This document shows, piece after piece, positions 10,110 through 19,110 of a DNA stretch of 64,000 nucleotides. The notes under the pieces are model-generated. The model was not told the origin of the DNA. It searched no databases and worked only from the letters and a program-made list of their open reading frames with translations. Position 1 is the first letter of the stretch. The number at the start of each line of letters is the position of its first letter. This stretch comes from an uncultured bacterium (lineage in GTDB: Bacteria; Fidelibacterota; Marinisomatia; Marinisomatales; Marinisomataceae), in NCBI GenBank assembly GCA_943788675.1, contig CALSRE010000001.1, positions 595,573 through 659,572 on the forward strand, given 5' to 3'. The position numbers and the translations under genes are program-made.

Positions 10110-12173
10110 ATGCATATTTCAAAATTAGAATTATTTGGCTTCAAATCTTTTGCAAAGAAAGAAACAGTATTGTTTGATAGTGGAATTACTGGAATAGTTG
10201 GACCTAATGGCTGCGGTAAAACAAATATTGTTGATGCTATTCGATGGGTATTAGGAGAACAAAAAACATCAAGATTGAGAAGTTCAAAAATGGAAGATGT
10301 TATTTTTAATGGAGCATCAAATGTTAAACCTCTTGGTCTTTGCGAAGTATTTTTAACAATTGAGAATAATAAAGGGCTTCTACCTGTTGAATACAAGGAA
10401 GTAGAAATTGGCAGAAGGCTCTATAGATCTGGAGAAAGTGAATATTTTATCAATAGGAACAACTGTCGATTAAAAGATATTTCAAATCTTTTTGTAGATA
10501 CTGGCCTCACTTCAGATGCTTATTCTGTAATTGAGTTAAACATGATTGAGCAGATATTATCAGATAAGGATGATAGTAGAAGACAAATGTTTGAAGAGGC
10601 AGCGGGAGTTAATAAATATAAAGCTAAAAGAAGATCTGCGTTGAAAAAATTTGATCTTAATTCAAGAGATTTAGATAGAATTGATGATATCGTTGTAGAG
10701 ATTAAATTGCAAGTTAAAGCTTTAGAGCTGCAACTTAAAAGATTCAAAAGACATGAAAAACTTTCCCATGAACTAAAAGAGCTTGAGATAAATTTAGCTT
10801 CTGCTAGAATAATTGAATTAGATGAAATTATTGGTCCGCTACAAGAAATGTTAAAAGAGAAAAATAAGCTTTTGAAAAAAAATACATCTAAAAAGAAAGT
10901 AGAAAGCCATGAGTTTGATAATGCTAGAGAAAATTATTTGAATGAGAAAGATTCACTCGCAAAAATGAAAAGTAAGGTTGATAAATTAACGGAAGAGTTG
11001 TTATCTGAAATTCAACAAAAAAATCAAGAATCTTCTAAAGGGGTAGGGCTATTAGAGGACGAGTTGACAATAAAAATTAATCAACTTAATCAGTTTGATA
11101 AAGATTATATCAAAATTGTTTCTGAGTGTGAAGAGTGCGGAAAGAATATCATCCAGACCGATAAAAAATATGAAAAGCTTAAAGCGAGCATTCAAGATTA
11201 TAAAGATAAAATTGACATCTATAAGAAAGAAAAAGAAGTAGATTTTTCAAAAATGGATCAGTCAATAAAGGCTATTCAAGAAAAAATAAATTTAAACAAC
11301 CTAGAGCTTGAGAAGAAAGAAAATGCTTTAAATAAAGCGTTTATAAAAATGGAGTCTATTAGAGCAAAATTAGATTCTGATAAATTTAGTAAAGATGACC
11401 TTTTTTATGATATAAAAGATGCAGAAATGAAGATTGCTGAATCTAAAATAAAAAAAACTCAAATTGAACAAAATTTAGTTGAAAAATTTGGCAAAGAAGT
11501 CGAATTAACAGTTCCCAAAAAATATAATATATCTGATATGGTTTATAAGCTAGATAAAGTTAAAAGAAGTATTGAGAATATTGGCCCTATTAATTGGGCA
11601 GTTAAAGATGAGTATGAAGAAAAAAGCAATAGATTAAATATTTTATTAGAACAAAAAGCGGATCTTATTGAGGCTGAAAGCAATCTTAAAGAAGCTATTA
11701 AGAAAATTGATAAAGTTGCTCAAGAACAATTTTATGATACCTTCAATCAAGTAAAAGAAAATTTTGAAAACATGTTTACTGTTTTCTTTAATGGCGGAAA
11801 AGGCAGTATTGAATTATCTAATTCAGATGAACCCTTAAATTCTGAAATAAATATTTTTGCGCAACCTCCTGGTAAAAGAAATAGCTCTTTGAAGATGTTA
11901 TCAGCAGGAGAAAAGTCTTTAACAGCTATTGCATTACTCTTTTCAATTTATCAATATAAGCCTAGCCCATTTTGTATTTTAGATGAAATCGATGCTCCTC
12001 TGGATGACATAAATATTAGAAAATTTACAGAGGTAATTAGGGACTACAGTAAATCAACTCAGTTTATTATGGTAACTCATAATAAGTTAACTATGGAGTC
12101 AGCAGATTGTATTTATGGTGTTACAGCTGAAAAAAGAGGTATTTCTAAGTTGATGTCCATTGATTTTTCATAA
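10110..12173 (+). CDS. smc: SMC-family chromosome-condensation ATPase, unusually short (687 aa) with no recognisable hinge
   Basis: The ATPase head is intact: SMC-type Walker A GPNGCGKTNIVDAIRWVLGEQ, FEEAAGVNKYK head-to-coil transition, signature LSAGEKS, Walker B FCILDEIDAPLD and VTHN. Only about 320 K/E/L-rich coiled-coil residues lie between the head halves. Confidence 0.85.
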   Translation: MHISKLELFGFKSFAKKETVLFDSGITGIVGPNGCGKTNIVDAIRWVLGEQKTSRLRSSKMEDVIFNGASNVKPLGLCEVFLTIENNKGLLPVEYKEVEIGRRLYRSGESEYFINRNNCRLKDISNLFVDTGLTSDAYSVIELNMIEQILSDKDDSRRQMFEEAAGVNKYKAKRRSALKKFDLNSRDLDRIDDIVVEIKLQVKALELQLKRFKRHEKLSHELKELEINLASARIIELDEIIGPLQEMLKEKNKLLKKNTSKKKVESHEFDNARENYLNEKDSLAKMKSKVDKLTEELLSEIQQKNQESSKGVGLLEDELTIKINQLNQFDKDYIKIVSECEECGKNIIQTDKKYEKLKASIQDYKDKIDIYKKEKEVDFSKMDQSIKAIQEKINLNNLELEKKENALNKAFIKMESIRAKLDSDKFSKDDLFYDIKDAEMKIAESKIKKTQIEQNLVEKFGKEVELTVPKKYNISDMVYKLDKVKRSIENIGPINWAVKDEYEEKSNRLNILLEQKADLIEAESNLKEAIKKIDKVAQEQFYDTFNQVKENFENMFTVFFNGGKGSIELSNSDEPLNSEINIFAQPPGKRNSSLKMLSAGEKSLTAIALLFSIYQYKPSPFCILDEIDAPLDDINIRKFTEVIRDYSKSTQFIMVTHNKLTMESADCIYGVTAEKRGISKLMSIDFS

Positions 12174-12255
12174 AATAAATCATTTGTAGTATTCAATAGT
12201 TTTAAACAAATTACGCCTGTTTTACTAATACAATAAAAAAAGAGAAATAAATTTT

Positions 12256-13056
12256 ATGGCAACAAAAATAAGACTTAAAAGAATTGGTCGAAGAAATAGA
12301 CCTTTTTACAGAATAATTATCATTGATTCTAGAAAAAGAAGAGATGGATCTGCTATTGAGCAAGTAGGTTGGTATAATCCTATTGAAGTAAACAAAGAAT
12401 CAAATTATAATTTAAAAGAAGATAGAATTATTGATTGGCTTAAATTAGGCGCTCAAGTTACTGATCCAGTAAAAAAATTAATGAAAAGATCTGGACTTGC
12501 TCTTAGATGGCATTTAATGGGTCAGGGATTATCAGATGAAGATATCAACAAAGCTGTTGCTGAGTGGAAAAAAGATAGAGATAAAGTAATCCAAGATAGA
12601 ATTAAGGCTGTAAAAGCTAAAAAAGAAAAAGCTCAAGCTGAAAAAGCAGCAGCTAATGTTGCTGAAGAAGCACCAGCTGAAGAACCTAAAGAAGAAGCTC
12701 CTGTAGAAGAAGCTCCTGCTGAAGAAGCACCAGCTGAAGAAGCTAAAGAAGAAGCTCCTGCTGAAGAAGCTAAAGAAGAAGCTCCTACTGAAGAACCTAA
12801 AGAAGAAGCTCCTGCTGAAGAACCTAAAGAAGAAGCTCCTGTAGAAGAAGCTCCTGCTGAAGAAGCACCAGCTGAAGAACCTAAAGAAGAAGCTCCTGTA
12901 GAAGAAGCTCCTGCTGAAGAAGCACCAGCTGAAGAAGCTAAAGAAGAAGCTCCTGCTGAAGAAGCTAAAGAAGAAGCTCCTGTACTGAAGAAGCTAAAGA
13001 AGAAGCTCCTGCTGAAGAAGCACCAGCTGAAGAACCTAAAGAAGAAGCTCCTGTAG
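12256..13056 (+). CDS. rpsP: 30S ribosomal protein S16 with a long acidic E/A/P/K repeat extension (frame break inside the repeat)
   Basis: Canonical S16 core MATKIRLKRIGRRNRPFYRIII...GWYNP. The C-terminus is EEAPA/EEPK/EEAK repeats. After nt 12983-12986 the ORF switches to a K/L-rich frame and stops at 13056. The acidic repeat continues in another frame to a TAA at 13122-13124. Confidence 0.9.
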   Translation: MATKIRLKRIGRRNRPFYRIIIIDSRKRRDGSAIEQVGWYNPIEVNKESNYNLKEDRIIDWLKLGAQVTDPVKKLMKRSGLALRWHLMGQGLSDEDINKAVAEWKKDRDKVIQDRIKAVKAKKEKAQAEKAAANVAEEAPAEEPKEEAPVEEAPAEEAPAEEAKEEAPAEEAKEEAPTEEPKEEAPAEEPKEEAPVEEAPAEEAPAEEPKEEAPVEEAPAEEAPAEEAKEEAPAEEAKEEAPVLKKLKKKLLLKKHQLKNLKKKLL

Positions 13057-13115
13057 AAGAAGCTCCTGCTGAAGAACCTAAAGAAGAAGCTCCTGTAGAA
13101 GAAGCTCCTGCTGAA
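12655..13115 (+). repeat. coding tandem repeat (12/15-nt units GAAGAAGCTCCTGCT / GAAGAACCTAAA, with a higher-order 195-nt duplication)
   Basis: 12670-12783 is identical to 12865-12978 (114 nt). A third partial copy starts at 13020, offset by 155 nt and therefore out of frame by 2. Confidence 0.9.
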
Positions 13116-13160
13116 GACAAATAATTACTATTTAATAAATCTATTTAGTTAAAAGATTTT

Positions 13161-14420
13161 ATGACTGAAAGTCCGACAAATCTTAACAACAGAATTGAAA
13201 CATTAGACGTATTAAGAGGCTTTGCTGTATTGGGAATCCTTTTATTAAACATTCTAATGTTTGGTCAAGTATCTTTCTATTATTTAAATCCATCTGTTAT
13301 TCAAGGAACATCAACTGATTGGGTAATTTGGGCGCTTATTGACATTTCAGCAGAAGGTGCAATGAGAGCATTGTTCTCCATTCTGTTTGGCGCTGGGATT
13401 TTATTATTTACTAAAAATAAACCAGCTTCATTTCACTTTAAAAGATCTCTTTGGCTTTTATGTTTTGGAATTGTAGATGCATATTTTTTATTATGGTTCG
13501 GAGATATCCTAATTTTATATGCTTTAGTTAGTTTTATTTTATATTTCTTTAAAGAGTTAAAGCCACAAACTTTATTAATCATTTCAATCGTTTTGCTAGC
13601 ATTTAATTCACTTATTTCGTTTGGTACTATGAAATTTTTAAATGAAATAAAAGATATTGATCAAAAAAATACAATTTTTAACCAAAAAATATCTGAAAAT
13701 GAAAAAAAAGACCTTATAGAATTAAGAGATTTAGTTTACGGAGTTTTTTATCCAACATCTGATGATATTAGCAACGAATTAAATCAAAGAAAAGAATCGT
13801 ACACCTCTGCTTTTCAATGGAATATGCATGAAAAGAATTTGGCTATAAAAAGCTATATTTTTTCAAGTTTTTGGGATGTTATATCTGTAATGATATTGGG
13901 AATGTCTTTATTTAAATATCGTATACTTCAAGGAGGGCTAAGCAGCTTATTTTATATACGATTGATAATTGTTGGTTTGGTTGTAGGAATTTCAGTAAAT
14001 AGTTTTGAGGTCTGGTCTGCATTTGAATCAAATAACAGTATTTTTGATTCACGTATAACTTCTTTAACATATGATGTTGGAAGACTGGGTATGGCCTTTG
14101 GTTATCTTGGGCTAATTATTTTGATTATCAAATTTGATAAGGCTATAAAGCTTCGATACTATTTATCAAATGTAGGCAAGATGGCACTTACAAATTACTT
14201 GTTACAATCTATTTTTGGTTTAATCTTATTTTCAGGGGCAGGATTTGGTCTTGTTGGAGAACTTTCAAGGTCTCAATTGTATATTGTTGTTTTTTGTATT
14301 TTGGTATATCAGTTGAGCTTTAGTTCTTGGTGGATGAGTAGATATAATTTTGGACCATTTGAGTGGATTTGGAGAGGATTAACTTATTCCAAATTTCCTA
14401 AATTAATAAAAGCAAAATAG
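13161..14420 (+). CDS. DUF418 (YeiB-like) membrane protein
   Basis: 419-aa polytopic protein. It has an N-terminal LDVLRGFAVLGILLLNI motif and a C-terminal FGPFEWIWRGLTY motif, both typical of the DUF418/YeiB family. Confidence 0.75.
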   Translation: MTESPTNLNNRIETLDVLRGFAVLGILLLNILMFGQVSFYYLNPSVIQGTSTDWVIWALIDISAEGAMRALFSILFGAGILLFTKNKPASFHFKRSLWLLCFGIVDAYFLLWFGDILILYALVSFILYFFKELKPQTLLIISIVLLAFNSLISFGTMKFLNEIKDIDQKNTIFNQKISENEKKDLIELRDLVYGVFYPTSDDISNELNQRKESYTSAFQWNMHEKNLAIKSYIFSSFWDVISVMILGMSLFKYRILQGGLSSLFYIRLIIVGLVVGISVNSFEVWSAFESNNSIFDSRITSLTYDVGRLGMAFGYLGLIILIIKFDKAIKLRYYLSNVGKMALTNYLLQSIFGLILFSGAGFGLVGELSRSQLYIVVFCILVYQLSFSSWWMSRYNFGPFEWIWRGLTYSKFPKLIKAK

Positions 14421-14447
14421 TAAATAATGGGATAATTTAAACTGTAA

Positions 14448-15131
14448 ATGAAAATTTTTATTATAACACCATTTCCTGAAGCAATTAATACTTTAATTGA
14501 GAATAATATTGCTAATCAGGGCATTAAAAAAAATCTTCTAGAAGTAGAAATAATTAATCTAAGAGATTTTGCAAAAGATAATTACAAAAAGATAGATGAT
14601 GAGCCATATGGAGGAGGAAGTGGGATGGTAATGATGTGTCAGCCCTTATTCGATGCCATAGATCACTGCATAGACCTTTCTGTTGACAAGCCTTTGATTA
14701 TATTTCCTTCACCTAGAGGAAAAAAATTAAATCATGATATTAGCAGTGAATTGAGCAATGAGAAGTCGTTAATTTTCATTTGCGGTCATTATAAAGGCAT
14801 AGATGAAAGAGTTATTGAAAAATATGTAGATTTAGAAATATCTATCGGAGATTTTATAATTTCTAATGGTGAATTATCTACCATGATAATTTTTGATTCA
14901 ATCGCTAGATTAGTCCCTGGAGTTTTGAATGATATTAATTCCGCTATGACTGATTCTTTTGTTGACGATTTACTAGATGCTCCTTATTTTACGCGGCCTA
15001 ATGAAATTGATGGACTTAAGGTTCCAGAAGTATTATTATCTGGCAATCATGAGGCTATCAGAAAATGGCGAAATGATAAAAAAATTGAAATTACAAAAGA
15101 CAGAAGACCTGATCTTTTTAAAAAAAAATAG
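14448..15131 (+). CDS. trmD: tRNA (guanine37-N1)-methyltransferase TrmD
   Basis: 227 aa with DDEPYGGGSGMVM, ICGHYKGIDERV and ISIGDFIISNGE motifs. Located upstream of rplS. Confidence 0.93.
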   Translation: MKIFIITPFPEAINTLIENNIANQGIKKNLLEVEIINLRDFAKDNYKKIDDEPYGGGSGMVMMCQPLFDAIDHCIDLSVDKPLIIFPSPRGKKLNHDISSELSNEKSLIFICGHYKGIDERVIEKYVDLEISIGDFIISNGELSTMIIFDSIARLVPGVLNDINSAMTDSFVDDLLDAPYFTRPNEIDGLKVPEVLLSGNHEAIRKWRNDKKIEITKDRRPDLFKKK

Positions 15132-15140
15132 AGAATACAA

Positions 15141-15461
15141 ATGAGTAACACATTAAGAGAAGACATACCAAATTTTAAACCTGGTGACACTCTATCAATT
15201 TATGTAAATGTTAGAGAAGGACAAAAGGTTAGACAACAGCTTTTTAAAGGAACTGTTATAGCTAGAAAAGGTTCAGGTATTGCCGAAACGATTACTGTGA
15301 GAAAAATGTCAAATGGTGTTGGAGTTGAAAGAATATTTCCGCTACATTCACCATCAATCGCATCAATGAAGGTTGATAGAGTCAATAAAGTTAGAAGAGC
15401 TAAATTATATTATCTTAGAGGTTTATCAGGTAAAGCTGCTAGACTTGCTGAGAAAAAATAG
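15141..15461 (+). CDS. rplS: 50S ribosomal protein L19
   Basis: 106 aa with FKPGDT...V...EG.K.R.Q.F.G.VIA and FPLHSP motifs. Confidence 0.95.
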   Translation: MSNTLREDIPNFKPGDTLSIYVNVREGQKVRQQLFKGTVIARKGSGIAETITVRKMSNGVGVERIFPLHSPSIASMKVDRVNKVRRAKLYYLRGLSGKAARLAEKK

Positions 15462-15464
15462 AAA

Positions 15465-16604
15465 TTGTCTCCAAGAATTATTCTTTTTGTTTTAAGCTTA
15501 TCCCATATGTCGGTTCACATCATTATGATGTTGATACCAAGCATGTATATTCATTTAATTGATTATTTTTCACTTAATGCTTCAAAAGTTGGCCTTGTTT
15601 TTAGTATAGCAAGTTTTTGTTTTGGAATTGGCTCTCTTCCAATGTCATTTTTATATAATAAATATGGTCCTAAAACATTAATAGCTTTTTCGCAAATTGG
15701 CATATTTGCTTCTGCTTTATTAGTTGGATTTTCAAATAATATTGTAATGTTTTCTATAAGCAATATTTTGTTAGGACTTTTTGCAAGTATTCATCATCCA
15801 GTTTCTTTAACTCTGATATCTGAGGTATTTGAAAAAAATATTTCTAAAGCTAACGCCTTTCACGGAGTTTTTGGATCAATAGGTGTTTCTTTGGGTCCTC
15901 TAATTTCTTACTATGCGTTGATGTATTTTAGTTGGCATCATGCTTTTATTTTTACAGCATTTTTCAATGTTATTCTTATTCCTTTAACCTTAAAAATTAT
16001 ACCGGACACTGAAAAGATAGATGTATTGCAAATAAACGATTTTAATGATAGGTATCAAAATTCAATATTGAAGATTTTTTTAATGATATCGTTTGTTGTA
16101 GGACTGTCTTTCACTGTGTTTAATACATTCATCCCATCTGTTTTTAACATTGATTTTGGAGAAAATTCAAATTCAATTGTTTCAGTAATAATGCTTACTG
16201 GATTTATTGGACAAATATTATCTGGATATCTTGGTGATAGATTTGATAGAATGAAATTACTATCATTTGTATTTCTTTTATTATTACCTCTATTTATATC
16301 GATTCTTTTTGTTGGAAAGAATCTATTAATCATAGTTTCTGTTCTTTTAGCAATAATTATGTATTCAATACAACCTTTAATTAATTCGATAATTAAAGAT
16401 ATTACTCCAGTAAAAATTAGATCTGTGGTTTTTGGTCTTAATTTTTTCTTGATGTTTGGTTTATCTGGGCTCGCTGCATATATTGGAGGTGTAATAGCAG
16501 ATAACTATAGTTTTAAATTAATTTTCCCTATATTTGCACTATTATTTCCAATTGGAATTTTGTTATTACGTATGTTAAATGAGAAAAGAAAGGCTAAAGT
16601 CTAA
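15465..16604 (+). CDS. MFS transporter
   Basis: 379 aa with about 12 predicted TM helices and a central loop, plus an MFS-like GYLGDRFDR motif. The start (TTG at 15465) is uncertain. Confidence 0.65.
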   Translation: MSPRIILFVLSLSHMSVHIIMMLIPSMYIHLIDYFSLNASKVGLVFSIASFCFGIGSLPMSFLYNKYGPKTLIAFSQIGIFASALLVGFSNNIVMFSISNILLGLFASIHHPVSLTLISEVFEKNISKANAFHGVFGSIGVSLGPLISYYALMYFSWHHAFIFTAFFNVILIPLTLKIIPDTEKIDVLQINDFNDRYQNSILKIFLMISFVVGLSFTVFNTFIPSVFNIDFGENSNSIVSVIMLTGFIGQILSGYLGDRFDRMKLLSFVFLLLLPLFISILFVGKNLLIIVSVLLAIIMYSIQPLINSIIKDITPVKIRSVVFGLNFFLMFGLSGLAAYIGGVIADNYSFKLIFPIFALLFPIGILLLRMLNEKRKAKV

Positions 16605-17404
16605 TGTTGATTAGTATGACAGGGTTTGGATCATCAAACTTTGAAGATGCTAAGCTTTCTATCAATGTTGAGCTAAAATCATTCAATTCAAGGTATTTTG
16701 AATTAAATACCAAATCTTTTGATTTGTCAGGACCCTTTGAATATAAAATTCGAGATTTTTTAAAGAAAAAACTCTCTAGAGGTTCTGTTACTTTAATGAT
16801 TAGAGTTGATAGTAAAGATTATTTTAAGTTTAATCAGCATAAAACCGAGAGCGTATTAAAGGCGTATAAAGCTATTGAAGCTAAATATAGCCTTGATCTA
16901 AACTATAGCCAATTGCTTCGAAATAATGATATTTTAAGCTATGTACCATTGTCTACTTCAGGTCAGAGAAAAATATTTAAGGCTGTTAAGGAAGCTGCGA
17001 ACGAATTAATTGAAATGCGAAAGAAAGAAGGAATGGAAATTGAAAAAGAATTCCATAAATATCTAGAAGTCGCCAGAAAAGATTTAATTAAAATTGAAAA
17101 TATTCAGCATAAAGTTCATATGAGCAAGGTTAATGCTAAATCAAATATCGACAATATAGAAGAGATTGAAAAAATTGATATTTCAGAAGAAATTGATAGA
17201 GTAAATAGTCACCTTAAACAAATTTTACAAACCATTAAATCTCCAAATTTATCTGGTAAAAAAATTAACTTTATTCTTCAGGAAATTAATAGAGAGTCGA
17301 ATACTATTTTATCAAAATTTCTTGATAAAAGAGTATCAAAGCATGCTATTAGCTTAAAAATGCAAGCGGAAAAATTAAGAGAGCAGGTAGGAAATATTTT
17401 ATGA
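16604..17404 (+). CDS. yicC: YicC family stress-induced protein
   Basis: N-terminal SMTGFG motif and C-terminal DISEEIDR...H and QEINRESNTI motifs. The yicC-gmk-rpoZ neighbourhood is conserved. Confidence 0.82.
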   Translation: MLISMTGFGSSNFEDAKLSINVELKSFNSRYFELNTKSFDLSGPFEYKIRDFLKKKLSRGSVTLMIRVDSKDYFKFNQHKTESVLKAYKAIEAKYSLDLNYSQLLRNNDILSYVPLSTSGQRKIFKAVKEAANELIEMRKKEGMEIEKEFHKYLEVARKDLIKIENIQHKVHMSKVNAKSNIDNIEEIEKIDISEEIDRVNSHLKQILQTIKSPNLSGKKINFILQEINRESNTILSKFLDKRVSKHAISLKMQAEKLREQVGNIL

Positions 17405-17961
17405 AAAACTTTTATATCATTTCAGGGTCTTCAGGTTCGGGTAAAACAACGCTACTAGAATTACTATCAAGGGATTTAAATATAGAAATATCAGTCTCTT
17501 ACACTACCCGTAAAAAAAGAAAATATGAAATTGACGGAGTGCATTACAATTTCATCAATGAACATAAATTTAAAGAGATGATTGATAAAAATCTATTTCT
17601 TGAATTTGAAAATGTGCATGGGGACTTGTATGGAACAGCGCTTAGTAGTTTATCTAAGTATATCGATAACAGTAAAATGCTTTTTTTAGAACTCGATGTT
17701 AATGGGGCTATTAGCTTGATGAAATACTATCCAGATAATACTGTTTCAATTTTTTTATCACCACCTAATTTAGATGAGCTTAGAAAAAGATTAGAGTTGA
17801 GATCTACTGAAACAGATCAAGAGATTAACAAAAGATTGAGCAGGTTTGAAGAAGAAGACAATTTAAAAAAAGAATTTGACTATAATCTTATAAATGATAA
17901 CTTCGAAAACACATTTGAGAATATTAAAGAGATAATAAATAGTAATAAAAAAAAGGACTAA
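17401..17961 (+). CDS. gmk: guanylate kinase
   Basis: 186 aa with P-loop SGSSGSGKTT and TTRKKR..E.DGVHY motif. Confidence 0.92.
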   Translation: MKNFYIISGSSGSGKTTLLELLSRDLNIEISVSYTTRKKRKYEIDGVHYNFINEHKFKEMIDKNLFLEFENVHGDLYGTALSSLSKYIDNSKMLFLELDVNGAISLMKYYPDNTVSIFLSPPNLDELRKRLELRSTETDQEINKRLSRFEEEDNLKKEFDYNLINDNFENTFENIKEIINSNKKKD

Positions 17962-17962
17962 A

Positions 17963-18247
17963 ATGGCTGTTGGACCAATATCATTTAACAAATTACTAAA
18001 AAAAACAGACGATATTTATGAAGCTGTTGTAGTTTCATCAAAAAGAGCTAAACAAATTCTTCAAGATAGAATTGTCAAACAGATGATTGATGATAACGAA
18101 GAAATGAATGATGAAGGTATTCTTGCTGAGTCTGTTGTTCGCGAACATATTGACTTCGACAAAGAAGAGAAAGTTACTTCAATTGCTCTAGATGAATTTC
18201 TTGACGGTGGCGTAGATTGGGATAAATCTGAAGAATCTCTTGATTAA
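17963..18247 (+). CDS. rpoZ: DNA-directed RNA polymerase subunit omega (probable)
   Basis: 94 aa with YEAVVVSSKRAKQI resembling the omega core motif. It sits immediately after gmk. Confidence 0.65.
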   Translation: MAVGPISFNKLLKKTDDIYEAVVVSSKRAKQILQDRIVKQMIDDNEEMNDEGILAESVVREHIDFDKEEKVTSIALDEFLDGGVDWDKSEESLD

Positions 18248-19010
18248 TAAATCTCTTAAGAAAAAATACATTTATCAAAACAAGCAGTTATTTGGAAACG
18301 AAATATACCTGCACTCCTTAAATCCTTCAACCGCTGGTAAAAAAGTAAAAATAGAAGATAGTTGGTATTCTCAGTTAAAGAAAGAATTTGATAAAGATTA
18401 CTGGGTAGAATTATCAGAGCTAACCAGAAATAATTATTTAAATAAAACAATATATCCTAAACCAGCTTTATTATTTAACGCATTTGATTCTACCCCTTTT
18501 GAAGACATTAAAGTCGTAATCATAGGGCAAGATCCATATCATGGCGAAGGACAAGCAAATGGGTTATCGTTTAGCGTGAATCACGGGGTAAAAATTCCTC
18601 CCTCATTACAAAATATTTATAAAGAGCTTCATGAAGATTTAAATATACCAATTGCTGATTCTGGCAATCTACAATCGTGGGCAAATCAAGGAGTTTTAAT
18701 GCTTAATTCGGTATTAACTGTAGAAAAAGAGAAACCAAATTCTCATAAGGGTATAGGTTGGGAAATATTTACTGAAAGATGTATTGAATTAATATCATCA
18801 AAACTTGAGAATGTAGTATTTATTTTGTGGGGAAAACAAGCTCAAGCATTATCTGAAAATATTGATAGTAAGAAACATCTGATATTAACGTCTGTGCATC
18901 CATCTCCCTTATCAGCCCACAGAGGGTTTTTTGGCTCAAAACCTTTTTCAGCCACCAATGAATATTTGAAAGAAAAAGGTAGAAAACCTATTAATTGGTT
19001 AATTAAATAA
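18240..19010 (+). CDS. ung: uracil-DNA glycosylase
   Basis: GQDPYHG, GLSFSV and HPSPLSA motifs. The only available start is the TTG at 18240, which gives an N-terminal extension of about 30 aa. The start is uncertain. Confidence 0.9.
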   Translation: MINKSLKKKYIYQNKQLFGNEIYLHSLNPSTAGKKVKIEDSWYSQLKKEFDKDYWVELSELTRNNYLNKTIYPKPALLFNAFDSTPFEDIKVVIIGQDPYHGEGQANGLSFSVNHGVKIPPSLQNIYKELHEDLNIPIADSGNLQSWANQGVLMLNSVLTVEKEKPNSHKGIGWEIFTERCIELISSKLENVVFILWGKQAQALSENIDSKKHLILTSVHPSPLSAHRGFFGSKPFSATNEYLKEKGRKPINWLIK

Positions 19011-19095
19011 ATTACACTGCATATTAGGAATAGCTTGTCATGCAATTAAAACATTGCTAATCTATAAAAATAGAATTTTGTAAGTGTTGAAAGAG

Positions 19096-19104
19096 TGTGG
19101 ATAA
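19096..19104 (-). promoter_or_regulatory. consensus DnaA box (TTATCCACA on the minus strand)
   Basis: TGTGGATAA is read on the + strand. It ends 6 nt upstream of the dnaB ATG (19111). Confidence 0.3.
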
Positions 19105-19110
19105 ATACAG

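Noticed and set aside
12655-13115. Regular short repeats that could superficially resemble a CRISPR or VNTR array.
   Set aside because: The units are 12-15 nt, contiguous with no spacers, and in frame with rpsP, encoding EEAPA/EEPK. This is a coding tandem repeat, not a CRISPR array.
19011-19110. A possible replication origin next to dnaB, because of the consensus DnaA box.
   Set aside because: There is only a single box, in a 100-nt gap. There is no cluster of boxes, no 13-mer-like AT-rich repeats and no dnaA or dnaN nearby.
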